From positions 86,773-150,772 of the forward strand of contig CANMQE010000005.1 of assembly GCA_947499975.1 (NCBI GenBank): a stretch of DNA of 64,000 bases, in the 5' to 3' direction. Made by a program: the position numbers and the translations under genes. Positions 26,077 to 37,190 of this stretch are shown here, in pieces; the first letter of the stretch is position 1; each line of letters opens with the position of its first letter. The notes under the pieces were generated by a model. That model saw only the letters and a list, made by a program, of their open reading frames with translations. It made no database searches and was not told the origin of the DNA. The stretch is from an uncultured Sphingomonadaceae bacterium. GTDB taxonomy: Bacteria > Pseudomonadota > Alphaproteobacteria > Sphingomonadales > Sphingomonadaceae.

Positions 26077-28851
26077 CTAGCCGTGCGCGCCGAAAATGTT
26101 GGCGATGGCGGTGGAGATGCGCAGGGAAAGGCCGTGGGCGCGCTCTATCGGGTCGATGAAGTCGCGGTGGATGGCCTCGTATCCCTCGTCTCCGCCATCG
26201 GGCCAGTCGGTCGGCTCCGTCAGGTCGAAGCGGCCGATGCGCGGGAAATGCGTGGGATAGGCGCGCCGCAACTGGGCCAGCGCCTCGTCCACGCGCAGGG
26301 TGAAGACCATTTCCAGCACATCGTCGCGAGAGACATCGTTGGCGCGGCTGAAAACCGGCACGCTGACGGCGCGGATAAACATTGCCTGCATCAGCGCCAG
26401 CCGCAGCGATTGCAGCACGCCGATCATGCGCCGCTTTTCCTCGCGGTGGTCCGTCGGGGCATCGTCGGGCACGTGATCCAGCAACTGGTGGAATTTCATT
26501 GCGTCCACGCGCAGGCGGCTGGCGAGGCGGCGGAACACGCCGACGCGGTCGTCCTTCACCAGGTACTCGCTCAGAGCCTGGCACGCATCCGTCAGATGGC
26601 TTTCGGTGCCGCGATAGGGGCGGCTGGCCCAATATGCGGAATTGAAGAGCTCGCCATAGGCCGCCACCGTTTTCACGCTGGCCAGCGCGTTGGCGGCGCG
26701 CACCAGCCGCACCAGTTCGCGCCCGCGGGCGCTGCCTGCAAGCAGGCTGCCGATTTCCTCGTAATTGCCATCCGCCGCCTCGCCGATGCCGGCGATCACG
26801 TTGACCGGATAGCCCAGCTGCTGGAGGATGGAATTGTGGGGAATGGCGCGGATCTGCCGCAGGCTCATCTCGCGGTCGGCGTTGAGATCGCTCTGCCGCC
26901 GTGAAACCCGGCTGCCGGTGGAATTGAGCAGGCCCAGCCCGAAGGCCGTGATCGCGCGGCTGTATGTGCGGCTTTCCAGGTGATCGCGCTGGTGTTCCTT
27001 CACCGCGCGGTAGAAATCCAGGCTGAGATCGGTGCGCTGGTAGAACACGTCTTTCGGCACATCGGTGTCGGTATGCGCGGGAGCCAGCATGGCGATGCGG
27101 GTGAGAGTGGCGCGCGCCAGGGCAGGCGTGGAAAACCACAGATAGCCATCGCCGCCCTGGAAGCTGACCTCCGGCTCCAGCGGAATGCCTGCGCGGGCGA
27201 AGCGACGCTTTGCCCATGGGCTCAGCGCCCAGTCCAGCCGGTCCGCCATCTTGGTGGGATGCGCGCCGCGGCCCATGCTCTCGCCATGGGTGTTGAAGAT
27301 CAGAGCGGCGACATCGTTGAGCCCATTGGCGTCCATCGCATCGGCAAGGCGACCCTGCAGCCGCTCGATCGCGAGGCTGGCGGGGATTTGCCCAACGAAG
27401 CGCCCGGCATCGGAAAACCCTGTCTGGATGGCAACGCGTCCGCGCGTCTTGGCGTAATTCTGATACACCGGCTCTGCCAGCAGTTCGTCGAAGAATCGGC
27501 CGCCGTGTTCCAGCGCGCTTTCCGTTTCGAAGAGGGGGGAGACGTCCACCTTGCCCTCTATCCCGAACAGCTTGGCGAAGTAGAGTGCGGCGAGAACCGT
27601 GGCCGGCTCCTCGCACTCCGCAATCAGCATGCGGATGGGCGCATCAGCGTCCACATGCTCCAGGATCTGGGCCATCGCCAGGAATTGCCGAATGGCCGTG
27701 CTGGCCTCTATCGCCAGTGCGCCGAAGTTGCTGCGGCGCGGCTCAATCTCCTCGATTGCGCGGTTGAGGTGAACGACCGCGCCCTTGCTGGCGAGATCGA
27801 GATTGCCATCGGGGTCGATCCGGCGACGGATGGCGTTGTGAAGCTGCTTTGCATTCACGCGGAAATGGATCCAGCCCATGCCGAGGCCATCGGCGCGCAT
27901 CGCGGCGGCCAGCGTCTTCAGCGCCACGGCGCGTGGCGCATCGTCACTCTTGCGCGCCTCGTCCTCCAGCGCGTCGATATATTTGGAAAGGCTCAGCAAC
28001 TTGCGCGGATCGGTGGCGGTCAGCCTGTTGGCAGCCACCGATAGCGCCGCGGGATCGGAAAGGTCGGACGCGAAATCCTGTGCGCGTTCCTGCGCATAGG
28101 CGCTGGCGGGGCGCAGTTCGGAAAGCATCGGATGATCGGCATCAATTTCTTCCAGCGCGGCCACATAACGCTCCAGCCGCTCCGCCTTCTCGGCCAGTCG
28201 GAAGCCGATGGAATTGGACCACGTGATGTCCGTGCGGCCATCCATGTCGTATCCCACCCAGCTGGCAAAGCGGAAGGGCAGGGGGGCAAGATCGTGCCAC
28301 TTGTCCGGCCAGTTTTCCCGCGCATGGGTCAGCAATTGCGCCACGATGGCATCGCGTGCGCCCTGCGCGTGGGCGATAGCCTTCATCGCGCGCTGATGCT
28401 CGTAAGGCAGGGTGACCTCGGGGCGCGGGCCACCCACGCAATCGGCAGACACGTCGGCCCCGCCGCTGGCGGCATTGGCCACCGCCTCGGTTTGCGAGGG
28501 CGTGAGCAGGAACGTGGGGTGCGCGGTGAACACGGCATGGAGTTGCGGGCGTTCCCACTGCTGGCGGAACGCGTCGAAATCACCAGCCTCCAGCGTCTCG
28601 GACAGGGCCTCGGCATTGGCATCCGCACCGATGGGCGCCACCATGCACTTCACGCGCTGTGCGCGTTCGCCAAGGGCGGCGACTTCGCATTCGGCGATCA
28701 GCCTTTCGAAATCGTCGAGCGACATCTCGCCCGATTCCAGCTTGCGCGAGAGTTCGTGCGCCATCTGGAACACCGGATTGAACAGCGGCATCTCAACCGT
28801 GTGCTGGTGCAATTCCTGCAGGCGGGAGGAAAGATCGGCGATGTCGGTCAT
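26077..28851 (-). CDS. ppc: phosphoenolpyruvate carboxylase family protein (divergent)
   Basis: ORF 26077..29010 trimmed to ATG 28851 (MTDIADLSS...), which overlaps the eda stop (ATGA). PEPC-like motifs are present but altered: VFTAHPTF, SWVGYDMDGRTDIT, VSPLFETESAL, QTGFSDAGRFVG, FNTHGESMGRGAHP, LRQIRAIPHNS. Confidence 0.65.
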   Translation of the reverse strand: MTDIADLSSRLQELHQHTVEMPLFNPVFQMAHELSRKLESGEMSLDDFERLIAECEVAALGERAQRVKCMVAPIGADANAEALSETLEAGDFDAFRQQWERPQLHAVFTAHPTFLLTPSQTEAVANAASGGADVSADCVGGPRPEVTLPYEHQRAMKAIAHAQGARDAIVAQLLTHARENWPDKWHDLAPLPFRFASWVGYDMDGRTDITWSNSIGFRLAEKAERLERYVAALEEIDADHPMLSELRPASAYAQERAQDFASDLSDPAALSVAANRLTATDPRKLLSLSKYIDALEDEARKSDDAPRAVALKTLAAAMRADGLGMGWIHFRVNAKQLHNAIRRRIDPDGNLDLASKGAVVHLNRAIEEIEPRRSNFGALAIEASTAIRQFLAMAQILEHVDADAPIRMLIAECEEPATVLAALYFAKLFGIEGKVDVSPLFETESALEHGGRFFDELLAEPVYQNYAKTRGRVAIQTGFSDAGRFVGQIPASLAIERLQGRLADAMDANGLNDVAALIFNTHGESMGRGAHPTKMADRLDWALSPWAKRRFARAGIPLEPEVSFQGGDGYLWFSTPALARATLTRIAMLAPAHTDTDVPKDVFYQRTDLSLDFYRAVKEHQRDHLESRTYSRAITAFGLGLLNSTGSRVSRRQSDLNADREMSLRQIRAIPHNSILQQLGYPVNVIAGIGEAADGNYEEIGSLLAGSARGRELVRLVRAANALASVKTVAAYGELFNSAYWASRPYRGTESHLTDACQALSEYLVKDDRVGVFRRLASRLRVDAMKFHQLLDHVPDDAPTDHREEKRRMIGVLQSLRLALMQAMFIRAVSVPVFSRANDVSRDDVLEMVFTLRVDEALAQLRRAYPTHFPRIGRFDLTEPTDWPDGGDEGYEAIHRDFIDPIERAHGLSLRISTAIANIFGAHG

Positions 28852-29468
28852 GCGCCCATCCCGGCTGCTTCCCGGGCCAGTTGCCGAATTTCTTCCGGCG
28901 AAGCGCCGCGTGGTGCCACCCAGCTGCCGCCGACGCACAGCACTTCTTTCATCGCCAGCCAATCGGGCGCGGTTTCGGCGGTGATGCCGCCGGTGGGGCA
29001 GAACTTGCAATGCCCGAATACCGAAGTCAGCGCCTTCAGTGCAGGGATGCCGCCATTCGCCATCGCTGGGAAGAACTTGAAATGCGTAAGCCCCATGTCC
29101 AGCCCGCCCATCAGCTCACCCGCCGTGGCGATGCCCGGCAGGAAGGGGATGCGGGACTTGATCGCGGCGCTGCCCAGCGCCGGCGTGAGGCCGGGCGACA
29201 CGATGAATTCCGCGCCGGCAGACAATGCGGCGTCGAGGTTTTTCTGGTTCGTGACCGTGCCTGCACCCACGATGGCGCCGGGCACTAGGTTCATGCGCTT
29301 GATCGCCTCGATCGCGTCGGGCGTGCGCAGGGTGACTTCCAGGACCTTCAGCCCGCCGTCCACCAGGGCCTCAGCCGTTTCGCGGGCGTGGCCCACGTCG
29401 TCCACCACCAGCACCGGGATCACCGGCGCGCTGAGCATGATTTCCTCGATATTGTCGGATGCGCTCAT
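28848..29468 (-). CDS. eda: KDPG aldolase (2-dehydro-3-deoxyphosphogluconate aldolase)
   Basis: VIPVLVVDD, LEVTLRTP, GAGTV, FKFFPA and CPTGGI motifs. Confidence 0.9.
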   Translation of the reverse strand: MSASDNIEEIMLSAPVIPVLVVDDVGHARETAEALVDGGLKVLEVTLRTPDAIEAIKRMNLVPGAIVGAGTVTNQKNLDAALSAGAEFIVSPGLTPALGSAAIKSRIPFLPGIATAGELMGGLDMGLTHFKFFPAMANGGIPALKALTSVFGHCKFCPTGGITAETAPDWLAMKEVLCVGGSWVAPRGASPEEIRQLAREAAGMGA

Positions 29469-30448
29469 GGGGTTCGGTCTCCGTGGTTCTGTATGAATGC
29501 GGCAGCCGCGCCGAACAGGCCGGGCTGCGGATGAGTGATAAGTTTTACCGGGATGCCCGCCATCAGGCTTTCGAAACGCCCCTTTGCGCGGAAGCGTTCG
29601 GCAAAGCCGGACCTGGGCAGGTGATCGCGCAGCCTGTAGCCAAGGCCGCCCGCGATCACGACGCCGGAAAAACCGCCCTGCGCCAGCGCGATGTCACCGG
29701 CGACAGCCCCCAGCGAAAGACAGAAGCGATCGATCGCGGCGGCGGCCAGGCTGTCTGTGCCTTCCATGCCCGCCGTCCAGATGGCGACATCGTCCTGTTC
29801 CCGCACGGCGCGCCCTTCCAGCGCGGCCAGCGTTGCGTGAATATCGACGATAGCGGGGCCGGACACCACGCGCTCCACCGAAACGCGGTTGTGCCGCTTG
29901 CGCAGGCGGGCGAGGATCGCGTCCTCTATGGGGTCGAGCGGGGCGAAATCGATATGTCCCCCTTCCGTGGCGGATACGCGGTAGGTGCCGTCGCCTTCGC
30001 GGTAAAGATGAGCGACGCCCAGCCCGGTGCCGGGGCCGAGAACCGAGAGTCGACCCGTGGACTTGAGCGGCCCTTCCGGCCCTGTCAGGTGAATGTATTC
30101 ATCCTCGCCCGCGCGGGCCACGGCATGCGCCACGGCCTCGAAATCGTTGACGATGGTGTAGCGCGAAATGCCCAGCTTGGGTTCGATCAGGGCAGGGCGG
30201 ATTATCCAGGGGTTGTTGGTGAAGCGGATCACGTCACCGCCCACCGGCCCGGCAATCGCCATGGCGAGAGCATCGGGAAGGCTGCCGCCTTTCTGGGCGC
30301 GGTAATCCTCCCACGCGGTCTGGAAACTGGCGTGGTCCTCTGTGTGCAGGGTTATGGGATCGTCCATCACGATGGAGCCATCCGCGCTGCTGGTGGCGAT
30401 GGCAAAGCGGGCGTGGGTGCCGCCGATATCGACCGTTACGAGTTCCAT
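29465..30448 (-). CDS. glk: glucokinase
   Basis: VDIGGTHARFA, FTNNPW and LGPGTGLGVA. Confidence 0.9.
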   Translation of the reverse strand: MELVTVDIGGTHARFAIATSSADGSIVMDDPITLHTEDHASFQTAWEDYRAQKGGSLPDALAMAIAGPVGGDVIRFTNNPWIIRPALIEPKLGISRYTIVNDFEAVAHAVARAGEDEYIHLTGPEGPLKSTGRLSVLGPGTGLGVAHLYREGDGTYRVSATEGGHIDFAPLDPIEDAILARLRKRHNRVSVERVVSGPAIVDIHATLAALEGRAVREQDDVAIWTAGMEGTDSLAAAAIDRFCLSLGAVAGDIALAQGGFSGVVIAGGLGYRLRDHLPRSGFAERFRAKGRFESLMAGIPVKLITHPQPGLFGAAAAFIQNHGDRTP

Positions 30449-30450
30449 TC

Positions 30451-32257
30451 CTACAACCCTGCTACTGCAAGCATCGCGCTGCCGCCGCGCTCCGCCTCGT
30501 CGGCGCTGGCGCGCATCATGGCGAACAGTTCGCGGCCCGTGCCCATTTCCGGCACCGGATCGGGGGCAGGCGTGCGGGCGGAAAGATCGGCGGTGGTGGA
30601 AAGCGTACCGGTTTCGGCGCAGACCTTCACCACGTCGCCATCGCGCAGCAGGCTGAGCGGGCCGCCGCCCAATGCTTCGGGCGAGCAGTGGATGGCGGAG
30701 GGCACCTTGCCGGACGCGCCGCTCATCCGCCCATCTGTCACCAGGGCTACGCGGTATCCGCGGTCCTGCAACACGCCCAGCGGCGGGGTCAGCTTGTGCA
30801 GTTCGGGCATTCCGTTGGCGCGCGGCCCCTGGAAACGCACGACCACGACGACGTCCTTCTCCAGTTCGCCAGCCTTGAATGCGTCGGCAACCTGCTTCTG
30901 CGTGGAGAACACGCGGCAGGGCGCCTCGATCGTCCAGCGTTCCCTTTCCACTGCACTGGATTTGAAGCAGGCGCGGCCCAGATTGCCTTCGACAAGGCGC
31001 ATCCCGCCATCGGGCTGGAAGGGCCTGTCGGCGGTGCGCAGCATCTCGTCATCGCCGCTCTGGCCGACATCGCGCCAGGCCAGTGCATCGCCGTCCAGCC
31101 AGGGTTCCTGCCCGTATTGCCCCATGCCGCGTTCCTCGCCAACGCCGATGACATCGGCGTGGGCAAGGCCTGCACCCAGCAATTCCTTGGTGACGAAGCC
31201 CATGCCGCCTGCATCGTGGAAATGGTTCACATCGCCGGATCCATTGGGATAGACGCGCGCCAGCAGCGGCACTGCGCCCGAAAGTTCGGAAAGGTCCGTC
31301 CAGTCGATTTGCACGCCCGCCGCCCGCGCGAAGGCGGGGATATGGATGGCATGGTTGGTGGAACCGCCGGTGGCCAGCAGGCCGACAGCGGCGTTCACCA
31401 CCGCCTTTTCATCCACGCAATGGCCCAGCGGACGGTAATCGTTGCCGCCCATGCCCATCGCCGCGACGCGGTGCACGGCGGCCCTGTCCAGCTGCTGGCG
31501 GATCTTCGTACCGGGCTGGAAAAAGGCCGCACCCGGAATGTGCAGGCCCATCAGTTCCATCATCATCTGGTTGGAATTGGCGGTGCCGTAGAACGTGCAG
31601 GTGCCGGGGGAGTGATAGCTGCCGAGTTCGGAATCCAGCAATTCCTGCCTTGTCGCCTTGCCCTCTGCATAAAGCTGGCGAACGCGCTGCTTCTCCTTGT
31701 TGGAGACGCCCGACGGCATCGGCCCACTGGGCACGAACACGGCGGGCAGGTGGCCAAAGCGCAGCGCGCCCATCAGCAGGCCGGGCACGATCTTGTCGCA
31801 AATACCCAGCAGCAGCATGCCGTCATACATGGCGTGGGAAAGGGCGACGCCTGTCGAAAGCGCGATCACGTCACGGCTGAAGAGGGAAAGCTCCATGCCC
31901 GTCTCGCCCTGCGTCACGCCGTCGCACATGGCAGGTGTGCCGCCGGCTACCTGCGCGGTGGCGCCCACTTCGCGGGCGTAGATCTTCAGCCGTTCGGGAT
32001 AGCGCCCGTAAGGCTGGTGGGCGGAAAGCATGTCGTTATAGGCGGTGACGACGCCGATATTGGGGCCGCTGTTGGTTTTCAGCGCCTCTTGGTCCTCCTG
32101 GGCGCCGGCAAAGGCGTGGGCGAGGTTGGAGCAGGAGACCTGGCTGCGTTCCGGCTGGTTACTCGCCTCGTGATCGATCAGTTCGAGATAGGCGCGGCGC
32201 GTATCCTTCGATTTCTCGATGATGCGCTGGGTGACGCGTTCCACGGTGGGGTTGAGA

Positions 32258-32265
<8 letters not shown>
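30451..32265 (-). CDS. edd: phosphogluconate dehydratase
   Basis: IlvD/Edd family motifs: [34 protein letters not shown]. Confidence 0.9.
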
Positions 32266-33688
<1,423 letters not shown>

Positions 33689-33741
33689 ACAGCCTCCCCA
33701 GACTCTGGTTGGAATTCAAAACGCAGGTCTAGACCCCTTTG

Positions 33742-33758
33742 ATGTTGCAGCGCAACAT
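33742..33758. promoter_or_regulatory. candidate operator upstream of the zwf operon
   Basis: ATGTTGC-AGC-GCAACAT is a perfect 7+7 inverted repeat, 54-70 nt upstream of the zwf start. Its shape resembles LacI-family sites. Confidence 0.45.
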
Positions 33759-33858
33759 TATCGTTCGATATTATCGCTGCGGGATACTTATGCGATATTG
33801 TGAACGTTCTCAACCAATCAATTCGTGCGGATGGAGGCAGGGTCTTGCGCCGCGTCCC

Positions 33859-34668
33859 TCAGTTGCCCGAACTGGTATCGGAAACGGTAACCTCGCAGGT
33901 GTCGAAATGCGAGAGGCCGAAGCTGGTGAGGAAGGAAACGTCCGCAGCATCGCGGCCGATGCCGATCTTGGCCGTCTTGGCCGGGTCGGCCATGCCGGTG
34001 CCATCCACGATATACCACGCGCCGCCGCCGGGCGTTGTGGGATCGTTGAGGAAAACCTCTGCAACGGCGTGGAAATCGGGCGGCTCCACACCGGGGGCGT
34101 AGCAACTCACATAGCGTGCAGGGATGGTGGAGGCACGCGCGAAGCAGACCATGACATGGGCATAGTCACGGCAGATACCGCGCCGTTCCACGAAGGTATC
34201 GAGCGCGGTGGTGGTGGCATTGGATGCGCCGGGTTCGTAGGTGAAATTCTTCGCCATCCAGTCACACATCGCCAGCACCTTTTCGCCGCCGTCGAGATGG
34301 CCGAAGCTGTCGGCGACGAAGCTCTGCATCCTGTCGGCCTGGCAATAGCGCGAATCGAACAGGTATTCGACGGCTTCGCCCGGCAGATCGTGCGGGTCCA
34401 TCCGGTGCAGGCCGGATAGGTCGGGTGCCAGCCGCTTTACTTCGACGGAGGCAGTGTAATCCACCTTGTAATCGCCCTGGGCGCGGATCCATATCCGCTC
34501 TCCCACGGCATCCTGCGCGGGCACGCGGGCCATGTGGAGCGACTTGCTCAGATTGGTGTTGGAGGAGAGGATCGTCTGTTCCGGTATGGCGGCCGCTTCG
34601 AACTGCAGCAGCAGGTCGGTCGGTTCCTCCAGGTGGAAGGCGAAGCGGGCGGTGATGTCGATGGCCAT
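33859..34668 (-). CDS. transglutaminase-like family protein
   Basis: ORF 33859..34782 trimmed to ATG 34668 (MAIDITARFAF...). Catalytic-Cys region RRGICRDYAHVMVCFARASTIPARYVSCY. Confidence 0.8.
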   Translation of the reverse strand: MAIDITARFAFHLEEPTDLLLQFEAAAIPEQTILSSNTNLSKSLHMARVPAQDAVGERIWIRAQGDYKVDYTASVEVKRLAPDLSGLHRMDPHDLPGEAVEYLFDSRYCQADRMQSFVADSFGHLDGGEKVLAMCDWMAKNFTYEPGASNATTTALDTFVERRGICRDYAHVMVCFARASTIPARYVSCYAPGVEPPDFHAVAEVFLNDPTTPGGGAWYIVDGTGMADPAKTAKIGIGRDAADVSFLTSFGLSHFDTCEVTVSDTSSGN

Positions 34669-34703
34669 ACAGGTGCGAACGTGCGGGATGGCCGCTGGTT
34701 TCG

Positions 34704-35120
34704 CTAATCGCCGATTATGTGTGCAACTATTTCGCGCGTGTGGGGCGCGCGGCGGTGTTCTGCCAGGTAAAGCCCCTGCCATGTGCCCAGCAACATTCGC
34801 CCGTCCGCCACCGGCACGCTGAGCGATGCGCCTGTCAGCATGGTGCGGATATGGGCGGGCATGTCGTCCGGCCCCTCGCTGTCATGCTCGTAACCGCTCC
34901 CTTCGGGCACGGCCTTGTCCAGCCAGCGCAGCAGGTCGCGCTGTACGGCAGACGCCGCGTTCTCGTTTATCAGCAGGCTGGCGGAGGTGTGGCGGCAGAA
35001 CAGGGTGAGCAGGCCGGTTTCGATGCCGGTGGCGTGCAGCCAGTCTGCCACCTCGTCGGTGAATTCGTGAAGCGCCTGGCCCGATGTGCGGATGGTGAAA
35101 CGTTGCTGATCGTGTCGCAT
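34704..35120 (-). CDS. yjbQ: YjbQ family (secondary thiamine-phosphate synthase) protein
   Basis: HTSASLLINEN, DDMPAHIRTMLTG and LLGTWQGLYLAEHR. Confidence 0.85.
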   Translation of the reverse strand: MRHDQQRFTIRTSGQALHEFTDEVADWLHATGIETGLLTLFCRHTSASLLINENAASAVQRDLLRWLDKAVPEGSGYEHDSEGPDDMPAHIRTMLTGASLSVPVADGRMLLGTWQGLYLAEHRRAPHTREIVAHIIGD

Positions 35121-35141
35121 GCGTTCCTATATAGAGGGACA

Positions 35142-35717
35142 ATGGCGCAGCAGACAGACCTCTTTGGCGATATGCCCTCAGTATTGCCGGTGCCCGGCCT
35201 TGCGCTTGCGACAGAGGCGATTGCCCCGGCTCTGGAAGACACGCTTTCGCAGCACATCGACGCTGCGCCGCTGGAGCCTTTCCGCTTTGGCCAGTGGACC
35301 GGCAAGCGGCTGACCGCCTATTACGGCTCCGCCTACGATTTCCAGCGCGCGCGGCCCATACCCGCGCCCCCGCTGCCCGATTGGCTGCTGGACCTGCGCC
35401 AGCAGCTCGGCCCGCTGTTCGGCCTTGCGCCGGACGCACTCCAGCAGGCCCTGTTGATCCGCTACGATCCGGGGGCAGGCATCGGCTGGCACCGGGACAG
35501 GCCGCAATATGGCACGATCATCGGCCTTTCGCTTGGCGCGCCTGCCGTGCTGCGCCTGCGCCGCCGCCGGGAGGATGGCGGGTTTGCGCGCAAGTCCGTC
35601 GAACTTGCCCCGCGCGCCGCCTATTGCCTGTCGGGCGAGGTTCGCGAGCAATGGGAGCATTCGATCGTGCCGATGGAACAAACGCGACGCTCCGTCACCT
35701 TTCGCACCTTGCGCTAG
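35142..35717 (+). CDS. alkB: AlkB-family Fe(II)/2-oxoglutarate dioxygenase
   Basis: ORF 34719..35717 trimmed to ATG 35142 (MAQQTDLFG...). Motifs: IRYDPGAGIGWHRD, WEHSI and RRSVTFR. Confidence 0.7.
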   Translation: MAQQTDLFGDMPSVLPVPGLALATEAIAPALEDTLSQHIDAAPLEPFRFGQWTGKRLTAYYGSAYDFQRARPIPAPPLPDWLLDLRQQLGPLFGLAPDALQQALLIRYDPGAGIGWHRDRPQYGTIIGLSLGAPAVLRLRRRREDGGFARKSVELAPRAAYCLSGEVREQWEHSIVPMEQTRRSVTFRTLR

Positions 35718-35879
35718 GCCAAATGCCTCTGGACCGGCTGCGTCGCCGATATCCGCATGGTTGAGCGTTACCGGATGGTCCGCGGGCAATATGGACTAGT
35801 GCCGGAAATTACGCTGCAACGGGGTTGCGCACATTGGCGGCGGGGTTAGTCTCTTCTGAAACTTCGTAAGGGGACTTTC

Positions 35880-37190
35880 ATGCAGAAACTTAATCTGGCG
35901 GTGGCGACCGCCACGGCCATCTGCGCGCTGGCCATGCCGGCCATGGCGCAGGAACAGCCGGTGGCGTTCGAGGGCGCGACCATCCACACGATGGCCGGCC
36001 CCGCAGGCACGGGCATGATCGAGAACGCCACGATGGTGATCCACAATGGCAAGATCGTAGCCGTGGGTGCGAACGTGGCAATCCCTGCGGGCGCCCAGCG
36101 ACGCGATGCCACCGGCATGGTGATCCTGCCCGGCATCGTGGATACCCATTCCCACATCGGACAGGTCTCTGGCGCGGATTCCTCCGCCGCGATCCAGCCC
36201 GATGTGCGTGCGCTTGACAGTATCAACGTGCGTGACAGTTCCATCAGCCGTGCCCGTTCCGGCGGCGTTACCACCGCCAACATCATGCCGGGCAGCGGCT
36301 TTCTGATGAGCGGACAGACGTTCTACATGCACCTGACGCAAGGCAACACCATCGAGGAATACGCCTGGATGGACGATGATGGTGACATCATGGGCGGCAT
36401 GAAGATGGCCAACGGCACCAATCCCCTGCGCGAGAACGCGGCGTTCCCCTCCACCCGGGCGCGCAGCGCGGCGATGGTGCGCCAGCATTTCGTCACTTCG
36501 CAGGAATATTGTGGGTCAGAGCGATCCCCCCGCGACATTGGCCTCGAAGCCATGTGCGAGGTGCTGGACGGCAGCCGCCTTGTGCATTTCCACACCCACC
36601 GCGCGGACGACATCATGACCGCGCTGCGCCTGCGCCGCGAATTCGGTTTCGACATGCTGATCCAGCACGGGATCGAGAGTGACCGCGTGGCGCGCGAGAT
36701 CGCGGCAGAGGGCGTGCCCGTGTCGGCCATCCTGATAGACAGCCCCGGCGGCAAGCTGGAAGCGCGGGAGGCCGACATCGACACCGCCGCGAAACTGGAA
36801 CAGGCGGGCGTCTTCCTGTCGCTGCATTCGGACGACAACATTCTCGATAGCAGGCTGATGTTCAGGCAGGCGGGCATGGCCGTGCGCGGCGGGATGAGCC
36901 GCGAGGGCGCCCTGCGCGCGCTCACCATCAACGGCGCGGTGCAGCTTGGGCTGGACGAGCATGTGGGCAGCCTGGAAGCGGGCAAGATGGCCGATTTCGT
37001 GGTTCTCACCGGCGATCCGCTGTCGGTGTATACCGATGTTGCCGAAACATGGGTGATGGGCGAACTGCTGTTCGACGCATCGGACCCGGATGACCTGCTG
37101 ATGGCCACCGGCGGCGATGGCGCGGGCAATCCGCAGTTGAACACGCATGTCCTCGCAAGAGAGGCTTTGATGCTGGAGGGCGGACAATGA
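35880..37190 (+). CDS. secreted amidohydrolase family protein
   Basis: Signal peptide ending PAMAQ. PGIVDTHSHIG metal-binding motif and a C-terminal GSLEAGKMADFVVL. Confidence 0.8.
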   Translation: MQKLNLAVATATAICALAMPAMAQEQPVAFEGATIHTMAGPAGTGMIENATMVIHNGKIVAVGANVAIPAGAQRRDATGMVILPGIVDTHSHIGQVSGADSSAAIQPDVRALDSINVRDSSISRARSGGVTTANIMPGSGFLMSGQTFYMHLTQGNTIEEYAWMDDDGDIMGGMKMANGTNPLRENAAFPSTRARSAAMVRQHFVTSQEYCGSERSPRDIGLEAMCEVLDGSRLVHFHTHRADDIMTALRLRREFGFDMLIQHGIESDRVAREIAAEGVPVSAILIDSPGGKLEAREADIDTAAKLEQAGVFLSLHSDDNILDSRLMFRQAGMAVRGGMSREGALRALTINGAVQLGLDEHVGSLEAGKMADFVVLTGDPLSVYTDVAETWVMGELLFDASDPDDLLMATGGDGAGNPQLNTHVLAREALMLEGGQ

